Source: a virus
DNA: 64,000 bases
Strand: one strand, 5' to 3'
IMG/VR virus record: IMGVR_UViG_3300045131_002907
Coordinates: 11,425-75,424 of that record
In this document: positions 39,266 to 48,981 of the stretch, one piece after another
Numbering within the stretch: the stretch's first letter is position 1
How the letters are laid out: each line of letters begins with the position of its first letter
Made by a program: the position numbers and the translations under genes
The notes under the pieces: model-generated
Seen by the model: only the letters and a program-made list of their open reading frames with translations
Told to the model about the DNA's origin: nothing
Database searches by the model: none

Positions 39266-41082
39266 CGATCCGTGGATTCCACGGTGCCATCAGAGGCCTC
39301 AATAGCCCGCATCTTATGCCAGGCCTGCGCGGTATCCGGCCACTTCCGGCAGTGATGGTATAGTGCCATGACTGCAAAGTTCACGGCATGTACGAAGTCG
39401 TCATGCCGCTTGGATATTCTGTGTACTAAGCGTAAGGCTTGACCTCTTGGGTTATCACGGACCTCCTCGAAGATTGACAGGAAGTCGTTCATCAAGGGGA
39501 CCATGGGGCCTTCATAGGCCGCGAACTTAACCTTACCACACTTGATGAGTTCGCAGAGCATGAGAAGGCTTCGGGCCTTATCGAGGGCCCAGTAATCACG
39601 GACCCCGGTTTCACCCGCAGGTGTATAGCTGACCACGTTTTTATTGGGGCATGACATATAAGTGAATGGGCACAGCATGTCAGTAGGCCAACCCATGTGG
39701 GTCAGAATACTCTCGTGAACATTACCGGCACCACCGTAGTCATGCGCGATATAGTTGACCCCCGCGGTCACCGCGGCTTCCTTGACCATGGAGGCCTCAG
39801 CGAAGTGATCGGCGGCGTAGGGCACCGCGTATCCCCAGGACACCGTCACTGTACCATCAGCGGTGATCCCGGCGAGGGCCAGCGCAGTGTTCGAGATGAA
39901 CTCATCGGCGTCTGTGGTTTTCTCACGACCCTTGCCACCCCAGTCGACACCGAGGATGCTGGCCACCCAATTATTCTTCACGTACTGCGAGGGGCGAATG
40001 TATTTCGCGGTCCCCGCCGCGGTGAGATCCTTGATGGTCATCAGCTTCTGACCGGTATCGTAGCTCTCCCCGAGGACTTCGTTATAGAAGATGTACTTGG
40101 GTTTGTTGCGCAGGGTATCCATGATCTTATCCCACGACAACGGCGAGTTGTAGTGCATGGGAAAGACGACCTGGGGTTCATGGTATCCCGCGAAGGTCAG
40201 CCGGCGGGATGGGAATCTATGGATGAAGTAGCCGAGCCTGGAGTCCAGGGCACCCCCACACTTCGCACACATCAGGGTGCGCACGGAGCCATCCCGGCGT
40301 CTCGTGTTATCCCCGATCATGTTGAGGAGGTCACCTTCGACGCTGCACACGTTTTCGTGCTTGCAGCCTGTTTCCTGACACGGGATGTGCCAGATGCCTT
40401 GAGATGACTGTTCCCAGTATATTTCTATTGGATTATCAAATGTTTTCGGGGTCCCCGCGTACCTCTCGAGCTTGTACGGCGAGGCGTCCAGACAGCTCTG
40501 AATAACAGGGAGAACGTCGATGTCGAAGTCCTGACATTCATCGATCGCGATTTCGTCGGCACTGGTGCCTCTTATACGGTCAGCTGAGTTCGCGGCATAG
40601 TTGTAGAACAGGTTACTGCCGTTGCCAAGAGTGCGCTGGAGAACCTGCTGATCTCCTCGATTATCCATGAGGCGGGACTTCACAATGGATTCTTGCAGGA
40701 AAGGTCGAATATAGTTATTCGAGAACTTTCGGATCTGCTCGAAAAGAGGAGTCACCGAGAGCAGGTTGTAATAGGGGTGGCACGCCGCTCTGATGATGCT
40801 CCCCGCAGCCTTGTTGGTCGACTTCGAGAGCTGACGACCCGCCTTATCGATTTGCCGGCGGGGAATGTTGTGCGTGGCATACTCGTGCTCGAACAGGAAA
40901 TGGGTGTTCGCGATCGAGTATGGTTTTCCCTTCAATTTGAAGATCAGAGGCAGGGCAGCCGATAAGGGCATATTAGGATTGGCTTGCCTTGCCTTGCTAA
41001 GACGTCCGAGGGCATCGTTGTAACTCGGGAGGGCGGCGTCGCCCCCGAGACTCACGTTTTCCTTGGATGCAAGTTCTACCAT
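39238..41082 (-). CDS. Terminase large subunit (GpA-like); start uncertain
   Basis: GRQLSKST, IRGTSADEIAIDECQD (Walker B), GTPKT, FYNEVLG, GVDWG (RNase H nuclease), DDFVHA. Confidence 0.85.
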   Translation of the reverse strand: MVELASKENVSLGGDAALPSYNDALGRLSKARQANPNMPLSAALPLIFKLKGKPYSIANTHFLFEHEYATHNIPRRQIDKAGRQLSKSTNKAAGSIIRAACHPYYNLLSVTPLFEQIRKFSNNYIRPFLQESIVKSRLMDNRGDQQVLQRTLGNGSNLFYNYAANSADRIRGTSADEIAIDECQDFDIDVLPVIQSCLDASPYKLERYAGTPKTFDNPIEIYWEQSSQGIWHIPCQETGCKHENVCSVEGDLLNMIGDNTRRRDGSVRTLMCAKCGGALDSRLGYFIHRFPSRRLTFAGYHEPQVVFPMHYNSPLSWDKIMDTLRNKPKYIFYNEVLGESYDTGQKLMTIKDLTAAGTAKYIRPSQYVKNNWVASILGVDWGGKGREKTTDADEFISNTALALAGITADGTVTVSWGYAVPYAADHFAEASMVKEAAVTAGVNYIAHDYGGAGNVHESILTHMGWPTDMLCPFTYMSCPNKNVVSYTPAGETGVRDYWALDKARSLLMLCELIKCGKVKFAAYEGPMVPLMNDFLSIFEEVRDNPRGQALRLVHRISKRHDDFVHAVNFAVMALYHHCRKWPDTAQAWHKMRAIEASDGTVESTDRQWLPDDVR

Positions 41083-41161
41083 GGTTGACTCATGGTAAAT
41101 CGGCGTGGCAGAGATGCCAGCGCCCTCACCTCCTGAGGCCGAGAGGCCACAAGGAAACTGT

Positions 41162-41296
41162 ATGGCTCCCTTCATCAAACTGCTACTGCTCGTTGCAGTC
41201 GCATATATTTTCCTCAAGTTAGTGCTTTTAGTGCTTGCCATATGTATGATCGTATGGGCGCTAAGAGGCTTTCGTGGTCATCCCTGGAAGGGTTAG
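41162..41296 (+). CDS. Small membrane protein
   Basis: SD AAGGA, 44 aa, strongly hydrophobic. Confidence 0.45.
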   Translation: MAPFIKLLLLVAVAYIFLKLVLLVLAICMIVWALRGFRGHPWKG

Positions 41297-41560
41297 GACC
41301 CCCAGTCGACTCGCTGATGCCGTACTCGGCGAGTCGATCCCAGATTTTATCAACAACCCAGGGAGTACACCTCCCTGGCCCAAAAGTCTCAACGCTGTAG
41401 ACTGTTTCCATGTACTTATCACAGAGTCCCCGTGCGGTACTCCACCGCGCCTATCCCACCCCGAGATATCGGTCCCCGCTCTCAGATCCCACTGTGGCGT
41501 CCACGGATCGCATCCGGACCCCAAACCTGGTCTGTCGCCTGGACCCCAAAGGACGACTTG

Positions 41561-42472
41561 ATGAAACCGCAACCACCAACCTGGGGGGCACGCAAGCACC
41601 AAAAGGGTGAGCGGAGCTCCGAGAAGAACAACCCCGAGAATGACTGTCTGCCCCTAGAGGATCCTCTAGGGGTTTATTATGACCTCGCCGTGGACATGAT
41701 TGGTAACCACCACGAAAACCTCACCCGTGAGTTCCTACGCGGGTTCTGCGCTATGCAGCAAGCCTTCAATGCCCGTGCCTTCGGCGACGTCACCAAAAAG
41801 CATTGTAGAGGCATCCATATCCTCCATGACGCCGACACCGAGGGCTATTGTCGCCACCCCCTGTGTCCGTCGTGCTGGCTCAAAAGGGAACTCGTGATCC
41901 GGGATGTCCTCACCAAGACCCCGGCGCCTCCGCGGTGGATCTACCGGGAGTCCAGCACGTTCCCATTGCGCGAGTTCGACTCCAGGGATGCCGATAAGGT
42001 CTGGGAGGCATTTCGGGCTCGCTATGTCCGCAGCCTCACCCCTTTGGTGTGGTCACTGGAGATCACCCAATTGGAGGAGGGCTACTCGGCTCCTGTGACC
42101 TACGATGAACTCACCAACCTTGGGTTCAGGTACCGTGGTATCTTCGCGGATTCCGGAGGGGGTAGATACAAGTCGATCCCAGTGATGTGTTCGGAGTCCG
42201 GGGTAGTCCCGACTCCAATCGGGAACTACGGCTTCATCTTTGATACCCCCTGTAAGGACTCCGAGATGCTAACCGAGTGGAGGGAGCACGTGATGTCCCC
42301 AGTGAAAGTGATCAGTAATTTTATGCACCACGCCGCACTCCCCGAGATTCCTAAAAGGGTGCACATGGGAAGGCAGTTCTACGCGCTCTCCATGAAGGAG
42401 AAGAAACCCCAAAGTGTTGAAATCTTAGACACCGGAGGGGTAGAATCTCCTGAAGTTCCAGTTGTTCACTAA
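41561..42472 (+). CDS. Hypothetical protein with Rep-like Zn motif; start uncertain
   Basis: CRHPLCPSCW and WSLEIT motifs. Confidence 0.45.
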   Translation: MKPQPPTWGARKHQKGERSSEKNNPENDCLPLEDPLGVYYDLAVDMIGNHHENLTREFLRGFCAMQQAFNARAFGDVTKKHCRGIHILHDADTEGYCRHPLCPSCWLKRELVIRDVLTKTPAPPRWIYRESSTFPLREFDSRDADKVWEAFRARYVRSLTPLVWSLEITQLEEGYSAPVTYDELTNLGFRYRGIFADSGGGRYKSIPVMCSESGVVPTPIGNYGFIFDTPCKDSEMLTEWREHVMSPVKVISNFMHHAALPEIPKRVHMGRQFYALSMKEKKPQSVEILDTGGVESPEVPVVH

Positions 42473-42496
42473 GGTGAACAAAATGTTCTCAAGACT

Positions 42497-42739
42497 TGAA
42501 AAGCATCACATACGGTCCTTTAATATCTTTAACCGCCAGATAGCCAACAGCCGGACATCCGCGCCCGCTGCGCGTGGCGCCACCACCGGTGGAGGCCGTG
42601 ATGTCGAAATCCTCGACGTGTGAATCTCACTGATCTGGGTCGTCACCATCGCCACCTCCGGTGGTGTCGGCGCCACGGTTGGTGGGCTGTTGGCTGTTGG
42701 AAGTTAGATATATTAAAGGACCATATGTGATGCTTTTCA
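42497..42739. ncRNA. ~243-nt long imperfect hairpin (ncRNA, origin or MITE-like)
   Basis: 42497-42526 pairs with 42710-42739 at 29/30 positions, and there are nested inner stems. Confidence 0.55.
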
Positions 42740-42771
42740 GTTTAACCATCTACTAGACAAGGAGTTCCATA

Positions 42772-43902
42772 ATGAAGCCTTCTACCATCGCCTTTATTGG
42801 GGATTTACACCTCTCGTTCACGATCTGGGAGTCTCGAAGAGAGATCACAGGTGACAGTGATCTCGGACTTTCCCAGATCCTGGAGGTATGCAAGTCTCGG
42901 GATATCCGGGACCTCATCCTACCCGGTGATATCTTTGATTCTCCGGATCCTCATCCCGCCTTGGTCTACAAGTTCAGGGACTTCGTGGAGCGTGCTCGGG
43001 AGCAGGGGACATCAGTCTCCTTCATCCAGGGTAACCATGACAAGCGGGTGTTGTCCTGGGGCCAAGCGGTCTCCGGTGATGCCCACTGGATCGGGGATGG
43101 TCAGCTCAGGGAGATCGCGGGTACCGCAGTACGCGCCTTCGATTACACCTCACGAGATGATCTCGCCGCCAAGCTCGCCGAGGTGGGTTCCAATGGGGTC
43201 CCCAGCGACGTCATCGTCATGCACCAGGCGTGTAAGCAGTACCTGGATATCGAGGGTTGCTGGAGCCTGGATCTCGACTGGGTCCCCGAGTTAGCCGGCG
43301 ACATCGTGATGTCCGATATTCATGAGCCCTGGGGATATCCCCGATACGTGGCTCGATGGGCGGGCTACACCGGTGCGATGACCACGAGATCCATCAATGA
43401 GGCCAGGCATCCCAAGTCCGTGTTGCTTCGGCATCCCGGCGGTGTCTTTGAACGCGTCCCGATACTGTCTCGTGCGATCACCCAGTTCGCGGTGACCGCG
43501 GATAACATCGAAGGCTTGATGCCCTCGATTCGGGATTTCATTGCCTACGCGGGTTCCATTCAGGACCTCACCAGGTTGCCTGGTGTCATCTACGTCACCT
43601 ACGACAACTCAATTGTCTCCGCACCGGAGATCATCGCGGACACCATCAAGGCCGCGAAGTCAGATGTCTTCGTGGTCCCCAAGTTCACGGGATCCCAGAA
43701 GGCCGCGATCACCTTTGATCCCAGTGTGGCCGCCGAAGGCGTCCCCGAGATCACCACCTTCGTGTCTGGATTCTTGAAGCCCGAAGATGACCCCCGCGCC
43801 CATGGTCTCGCCCTCGATCTCCTCGATGGCACCCAAGGCAAAGAAGGCATCGTCGCCAAGATTGAATCCGCACGCCAACGCTTCCTCCAGGAGGTCCAAT
43901 GA
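42772..43902 (+). CDS. sbcD: SbcD/Mre11-like metallophosphoesterase nuclease
   Basis: GDLH, GDIFD, GNHD, MHQ and SDIH motifs, SD AAGGAG. Confidence 0.85.
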   Translation: MKPSTIAFIGDLHLSFTIWESRREITGDSDLGLSQILEVCKSRDIRDLILPGDIFDSPDPHPALVYKFRDFVERAREQGTSVSFIQGNHDKRVLSWGQAVSGDAHWIGDGQLREIAGTAVRAFDYTSRDDLAAKLAEVGSNGVPSDVIVMHQACKQYLDIEGCWSLDLDWVPELAGDIVMSDIHEPWGYPRYVARWAGYTGAMTTRSINEARHPKSVLLRHPGGVFERVPILSRAITQFAVTADNIEGLMPSIRDFIAYAGSIQDLTRLPGVIYVTYDNSIVSAPEIIADTIKAAKSDVFVVPKFTGSQKAAITFDPSVAAEGVPEITTFVSGFLKPEDDPRAHGLALDLLDGTQGKEGIVAKIESARQRFLQEVQ

Positions 43903-44216
43903 AATCTGCATTCACCCTTATCGAGATCTTGATCGTAATCGCGGTTATCGCTGTTCTTGGTGTGATGCTTATCCCAGTGATACACGGGGCGGTGTCATCA
44001 AAACCAAAATCTAAAGTGGCCCTGGTTCCCGAGGAGTCCACTCGTTTCGTAGAAACACAGGTGACCCCATCAGGCTTCGGTTACCCCAACCCGGTATATC
44101 TCCTCCGGGATACCAAGACAGGGCAGGAATGGTTGCGAGCCCATCAATACGGGTTCGCGCAGGTCTCCCCCAGTGCATCCACCCCCTTACGCTGTGAAGC
44201 CGAGGTCCCCCGATGA
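43899..44216 (+). CDS. Prepilin-type N-terminal cleavage/methylation domain protein
   Basis: MKSA|FTLIEILIVIAVIAVL. Confidence 0.8.
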   Translation: MKSAFTLIEILIVIAVIAVLGVMLIPVIHGAVSSKPKSKVALVPEESTRFVETQVTPSGFGYPNPVYLLRDTKTGQEWLRAHQYGFAQVSPSASTPLRCEAEVPR

Positions 44217-45046
44217 ACGATGACTCACGTTTCGCTTACTTCAGACTCCCCAATGGGACCACGTTCCATCTCCCCCGGAGTGTCCTCGATCTCGCCGCAG
44301 CCCCGGCGCGGCTGCAAGTCGACTCCCTGATCACCCTCGAAGCCCTAGCCGCCGCGATCCTAGGCGTCCCCGACGTCGATTTCCTGAAGTGGGGGGATTC
44401 CCTCTCCGAGGCCTCAAACGAGCTAGAATCGAAAATGGCGAGGTCCCAGGCCCCTGTTTTGGGGGAGTCCTATGGTGACTCCGATATCGACCGGATCATG
44501 GAGGCCACTTCCGAAATCGAGGGCTACTTCTTTTTGAGTATCAATTACGACCCCGTTGGGGGTGTCTGGGATGTCACGGTAACCCATGGCACCATGGATT
44601 GTGGTAGCAGCACCTATGGGGGTTGCGAAACTGAACTCACCGCTGCGGTGAACTCCACGCTGCGTGCCATCGCGGGTGCGCTGGAATCCGGGAAACTCAA
44701 GAAGCGCCCACCTGCCCCGCCATTCCAGAAACCGCTTGAGATCTGGGGGTACCCCTTGGGTTCCCGGGTCTGGATTGACACCGTGCATGGCTGGCGTCTG
44801 GGTAAGCTCGATGTTGAACCCGCGTGTTCCTATAAGGAGGAGCCCTGCAGTGCCGTGGTTCGCATGGATCACGGTGAGCGCAGTTCGGATTGTATTTCTG
44901 TGTTCCCACGTTCGCCACGTGATATCAAACCCGCGCTGTGCCGGGCGTGTGGGGGCCCCCAGTTCTGGACACCATCGGGGTATTCCTGCAAGAACGGCGA
45001 TGGCGGCGAGATCTCCTTGCCCCATGACCAAACCAGTATCCAATAA
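44213..45046 (+). CDS. Hypothetical protein with C-terminal Zn ribbon
   Basis: ATGA coupling and CRACG...C motif. Confidence 0.55.
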   Translation: MNDDSRFAYFRLPNGTTFHLPRSVLDLAAAPARLQVDSLITLEALAAAILGVPDVDFLKWGDSLSEASNELESKMARSQAPVLGESYGDSDIDRIMEATSEIEGYFFLSINYDPVGGVWDVTVTHGTMDCGSSTYGGCETELTAAVNSTLRAIAGALESGKLKKRPPAPPFQKPLEIWGYPLGSRVWIDTVHGWRLGKLDVEPACSYKEEPCSAVVRMDHGERSSDCISVFPRSPRDIKPALCRACGGPQFWTPSGYSCKNGDGGEISLPHDQTSIQ

Positions 45047-45073
45047 ACCCTGAATCCTGAAAGGATTAACGTC

Positions 45074-45544
45074 ATGGGCAAAATCAGTTCACCTGTTGAA
45101 GCCATCAAGAAGGTTCAGTTCTTTAGGTTCCCGCGCCACCCCATCCAGGCCCGCATCGCCCGTGCCGGGGATGTTGTAGTCGCGCTCTCGAAGTCCGGGA
45201 GGGTCTACACCAATGTGGCCCCGCTGTCGACGTGGGTGTACTGCGATGGCTGCGAGGACTGGGCGCCGGATCTTTTCGAGTGCATGCGTGCCCTGGATCT
45301 CCTGACCCCAGCGGACATCGAGCGCCACACCCGGTACGTCGAAGCCGAGAGCCGTCTTCAGAAGGCGATCTCCTGGCTGGGGGATACCAGGCGCTGGGCG
45401 GGTCACCACGTTTTCAAAACCTCTCTGAAGAAACGCCTCAAGGTCTGGGATTCCCTGGATCCCTGGGGTCAGGAGAAGGCGGCGCGGTACGGTTACATGC
45501 CTGAGGGGGCTGTCCAGAAACCTTTACCGAAAGGGGGTGCGTAA
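45074..45544 (+). CDS. Hypothetical protein
   Basis: SD AAGGA. Confidence 0.55.
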   Translation: MGKISSPVEAIKKVQFFRFPRHPIQARIARAGDVVVALSKSGRVYTNVAPLSTWVYCDGCEDWAPDLFECMRALDLLTPADIERHTRYVEAESRLQKAISWLGDTRRWAGHHVFKTSLKKRLKVWDSLDPWGQEKAARYGYMPEGAVQKPLPKGGA

Positions 45545-45879
45545 TGGGGGCTGCATTCAAAACAGTAAGTGAGGTCCGCGCCGCCAACATCGCCGCTGGA
45601 GGTTGTTTCTTTAGCCGGCCGAACATGTTACACGTTGGCGACACCCTGAGGTCCTTCGCGCTGTGGCGGGATCCTCAGGGGGAACTCTATCTCTACCGGA
45701 AGCCTTCTGCAATCGTAAAGGGGGCTAGTTGCAGGGATGACGAACCCCAGGTACGCCAAGTCGGGTTTGACCCCAAGCTGGGCGCCTTTTGGCTCATTAG
45801 AAGCAGTGGGAGAATGGTTCCCATGGGTTCCGAGGCCACCAGAGAGTTCTACACCAGACTCAAGAAGGAGTCGTCATGA
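45544..45879 (+). CDS. Hypothetical protein
   Basis: TAATG coupling. Confidence 0.55.
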   Translation: MGAAFKTVSEVRAANIAAGGCFFSRPNMLHVGDTLRSFALWRDPQGELYLYRKPSAIVKGASCRDDEPQVRQVGFDPKLGAFWLIRSSGRMVPMGSEATREFYTRLKKESS

Positions 45880-46151
45880 GTCCCTTTCATCGCAACAGCA
45901 CCAAGGTCCTGGTCGGGGTTGAGCCCGATGGCACCCGGGTGTACCGTCACAACAACAAGATCACTCGGGTCACCCCGGATACACGTCAGTACCCCGATGT
46001 TGGATTCTACCCACCCGGGGGTCGCGCGGCACTCTATCGGGGTCGCCAGGATCCCCGGGATACCGTTGAGTTCGCCGAGGGCGTCCGGGAACTCCGGAGT
46101 CGCGGGAAACCCGCGGGGGTCCGCCCGGGGCCACAGTCATTAACTCTCTAA
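45876..46151 (+). CDS. Hypothetical protein
   Basis: SD AAGGAG and ATGA coupling. Confidence 0.5.
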   Translation: MSPFHRNSTKVLVGVEPDGTRVYRHNNKITRVTPDTRQYPDVGFYPPGGRAALYRGRQDPRDTVEFAEGVRELRSRGKPAGVRPGPQSLTL

Positions 46152-46167
46152 CTTAGAAAGGCACACC

Positions 46168-46605
46168 ATGCCAGGTTACACCGCAACTTTTACAGATCGT
46201 GTAAAGCGGACATATGTAATTTACGCACCCACCCTCGCCGAAGCCAAATCGAAAATCAAAACGCTTATCAGCGATGGTGCGAAGCCAGATCATGAACAAA
46301 AATATCTTTGCAAGAGGCCAGAAATCAAACTGTCGAAGTCAGTCGAAATCTCTTCAGAGAAAAAGGATATCATTCGTCAATACCCTTTCCCACAGCTCTC
46401 CTATATTGTGAAAACGCATCTTGGGGTCAAACATCCCCCAGGGATCTTCCAGGAAGATCTTGCCCTGATGCTCATCACTGCGATGGAACAGGGTGAAATC
46501 GATGCGGATGGTATCGACGAGGCCGTCATTGCTTTCGGGAGGTGCCACCGGGCTGTACTCAACAAGATGTCACCGGAGGATCGCGCAATTCTAGGTTTCG
46601 ACTAA
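46168..46605 (+). CDS. Hypothetical protein
   Basis: ORF with SD; lower GC than flanks. Confidence 0.55.
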   Translation: MPGYTATFTDRVKRTYVIYAPTLAEAKSKIKTLISDGAKPDHEQKYLCKRPEIKLSKSVEISSEKKDIIRQYPFPQLSYIVKTHLGVKHPPGIFQEDLALMLITAMEQGEIDADGIDEAVIAFGRCHRAVLNKMSPEDRAILGFD

Positions 46606-46641
46606 GCATTCCAACCAATGCCCTTCGTTAAAGGAGGTTCC

Positions 46642-46983
46642 ATGAAAACACGTTTTCCTAATGGTACACCTTGTTACCTCATTGCACTGAGGCGCTCCAA
46701 GCGCGGTAAACCCTCGGGGCATGCGGTCAGGAGACTGCGCCGTGAGGTCTTCTCCGAGTTCTTTGAATACGCCAAAGAATCTGTTGTTTTCGGCCACAGT
46801 GTTGGTGCCATGGTTTTCCGACTTCGTGATGGTGTCGACCCCCGGGAAGCCCTGCGGTACTGGCCGGATCACGGGGTCTGCCCGGCCTGCTTGCACCGGG
46901 CCATCACAGCGGGGACATGCTGTTTGTGTGGTGCCGACCCCGACAAGGTGGAATCACCATACAAACCAAAGGCGGAGACATGA
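46642..46983 (+). CDS. Zn-finger protein, tandem paralog A
   Basis: SD AAGGAGG and DHGVCPAC...CCLCG motif. Confidence 0.65.
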   Translation: MKTRFPNGTPCYLIALRRSKRGKPSGHAVRRLRREVFSEFFEYAKESVVFGHSVGAMVFRLRDGVDPREALRYWPDHGVCPACLHRAITAGTCCLCGADPDKVESPYKPKAET

Positions 46984-47282
46984 GAGTGCCACTTTGCTAC
47001 GCCGAGGCCCTGAAGCACTCGCGTACAGGGAAGCCGTCTTCTGCGGTTCTCAAGAAGCTACGCGCCGCTGCTCTCGCCGAGTTCTTTGTCTTCGACCCCA
47101 TCAAGTGGGTCTACCAGCTTCGCCCCGGGGTGAAGCCCAAGGAGGCCCTCAAACGTGTCAGTGATCACGGGGTCTGCCCGCACTGCCATCTCCGCTCACT
47201 CACCACGGGGTGTTGCCTGCAATGCGGGAAACGCCCCGATGAAGTCAAGAAGCCCTACAGTGGGCCCCAGGAGATCCCATGA
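46980..47282 (+). CDS. Zn-finger protein, tandem paralog B
   Basis: DHGVCPHC...CCLQCG motif. Confidence 0.65.
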   Translation: MRVPLCYAEALKHSRTGKPSSAVLKKLRAAALAEFFVFDPIKWVYQLRPGVKPKEALKRVSDHGVCPHCHLRSLTTGCCLQCGKRPDEVKKPYSGPQEIP

Positions 47283-47749
47283 AACACTGTACACCGGCGC
47301 CATCGTTTTGCTGTGTTATCACCGAGGGTCAGCGGATTCTTCGCATGAGACCCCCGCGGCGCTCGCTCCCCAAAGCCCAGATGGATGTCGCCCTCTGGAA
47401 GAAAGCCCACCCCGATTATGTCGAACGCCGAGATGGCAGCCTACCCCGTGTTGTCGCCACGCTCACGGGGTTTATCTGGGATGTCGAGGTCCCAGACCGA
47501 TTCAAGTGGACCCGCTTCGTGAAACCAACGCCAGCGGTGGTCGCCCGATATCTCTCGACATATACTCAGACCCCACAGGCGGGTCCGTTTGGGCGTTCCC
47601 AGTACCGTCTCAAGTTGAAGCGAGTTGACTGGAGGGGTTACCTGACATGTAACAACTGGCTCATCAAGGCCTGGGTGGAGTGGCCCCTGGCAGTCGATGT
47701 CAATCTGGTGACCCCGCGAGAAATCGAGTTCATCTGTCCCGTTCTCTAA
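47279..47749 (+). CDS. Hypothetical protein, C-terminus replaced by the TnpB element insertion
   Basis: The last codons lie inside the element's right end. Confidence 0.5.
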   Translation: MKHCTPAPSFCCVITEGQRILRMRPPRRSLPKAQMDVALWKKAHPDYVERRDGSLPRVVATLTGFIWDVEVPDRFKWTRFVKPTPAVVARYLSTYTQTPQAGPFGRSQYRLKLKRVDWRGYLTCNNWLIKAWVEWPLAVDVNLVTPREIEFICPVL

Positions 47750-47885
47750 TTAGTTACCAGAATCTCACAATTCTGGGATTTCATTAGTTCCTGGTTCATC
47801 GACGGCAGTTTCGTATTTGTCCTGCGACGAATACCAGAGCTCCCAGTCTCCCCAGGCGTTGATTCCCGCACACGTGCGGTATTGA
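47720..47885 (-). ncRNA. Predicted omega/reRNA of TnpB with flanking guide
   Basis: Overlaps the tnpB 3' end. Contains ACCGCACGTGTGCGGGAA...GTCGATGAACCAGGAA and the hairpin CCAGAAT..ATTCTGG. Confidence 0.55.
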
Positions 47886-48981
47886 ATAGATTTAAGCCCT
47901 GAGAACGAATGTTCTCAGCGGCGTTTTCATCCCTGTCATGGACTCTTCCACAATGTGGGCAAGCCCACTCGCGAACTGACAGTGGTAGAGATTCCATTAG
48001 AAATCCACAACCACTGCAGGTCTTGGATGATGGAAAGAACCTATCGACTTCTTGGATGGCATCTGCCTTGTACCCAAGTTGTCTCACGATCTCACCCCAG
48101 CCGACATCGCTGATGGCCCTGGCGAGACAGTGGTTCTTCATCATCCCACTGACATTTAAGTCTTCAACACAGATCACACTGAACCGTTTGGTTATCGCGG
48201 TTGTGATTTCGTGCTGCCAGCCCTTTCGGGTCTGGGCTACTTTCCAATGCAGCCTCGATAACTTATTGGCTGCTTTCTTACGGTTCTGAGAGCCCTTGAC
48301 CTTCCGGGATAAACGACGACCCAGACGTTTAAGCCTGGTGATCGCTGATCTCAGTGGTCTAGGGGCCTCGAACTTCTCTCCAGTAGACAGTGTAATCGCT
48401 GAAGTTAATCCAAGATCGATACCAACACAGGATTCCGGGTTGGGGGTCTTTTCGATATCAGGGAGTTCGACCTGAACGGAGATCCACCATCTCTGACCCT
48501 GGAAGGAGAGGCGTGTCGAGATTGGTCTGCCCTCGAACCTGAGTTCTTCCCGCATCTTGATCCAACCTATTTTTGGGAGCTTTATTTTATTACCATCAAA
48601 ACTGAACTTATCGGGGCCATCTTCCAGCCGAGCAGACGCCTTGGAACGATGCCTGGACTTAAAGTCAGGCATTGACATCTTGGGGCCCTTACGTTTACCT
48701 TTAATGGAATCGAAGAAATTTTGATAGGCAATTCCAAGATTCTTAATGGCTTGCTGGACCACTGACTTCGGGACCGCATACATCCATGGAAACTCTACAT
48801 CCTTAATGGAGTTTAATTCCTTTCGGAGTTCAGCTTCATTGGGCTTCTCCCCTGTATCGAAGCGTTCGCGCCATCTATTCAGGGCCCAATTGTAGGCAAA
48901 CCGAGCAGTGCCCACGCAACGCCGGAAGAACTCTTCCTGGGCATCCGTTGGGTCTAGCTGGATGACGTGGGATCGAATCAC
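47746..48981 (-). CDS. tnpB: RNA-guided endonuclease TnpB
   Basis: N-terminal HTH, RuvC motifs GIDLG / VEDL / DRDENAA, and CxxC-CxxC zinc finger. Confidence 0.95.
   Translation of the reverse strand: MIRSHVIQLDPTDAQEEFFRRCVGTARFAYNWALNRWRERFDTGEKPNEAELRKELNSIKDVEFPWMYAVPKSVVQQAIKNLGIAYQNFFDSIKGKRKGPKMSMPDFKSRHRSKASARLEDGPDKFSFDGNKIKLPKIGWIKMREELRFEGRPISTRLSFQGQRWWISVQVELPDIEKTPNPESCVGIDLGLTSAITLSTGEKFEAPRPLRSAITRLKRLGRRLSRKVKGSQNRKKAANKLSRLHWKVAQTRKGWQHEITTAITKRFSVICVEDLNVSGMMKNHCLARAISDVGWGEIVRQLGYKADAIQEVDRFFPSSKTCSGCGFLMESLPLSVREWACPHCGRVHDRDENAAENIRSQGLNLFNTARVRESTPGETGSSGIRRRTNTKLPSMNQELMKSQNCEILVTN

Noticed and set aside
41083-41241. N-terminal extension of the terminase
   Set aside because: It overlaps a plausible + strand membrane gene with an SD, so a downstream ATG is preferred.
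42497-42739. Retron msr-msd or DGR element
   Set aside because: No reverse transcriptase gene in the window.
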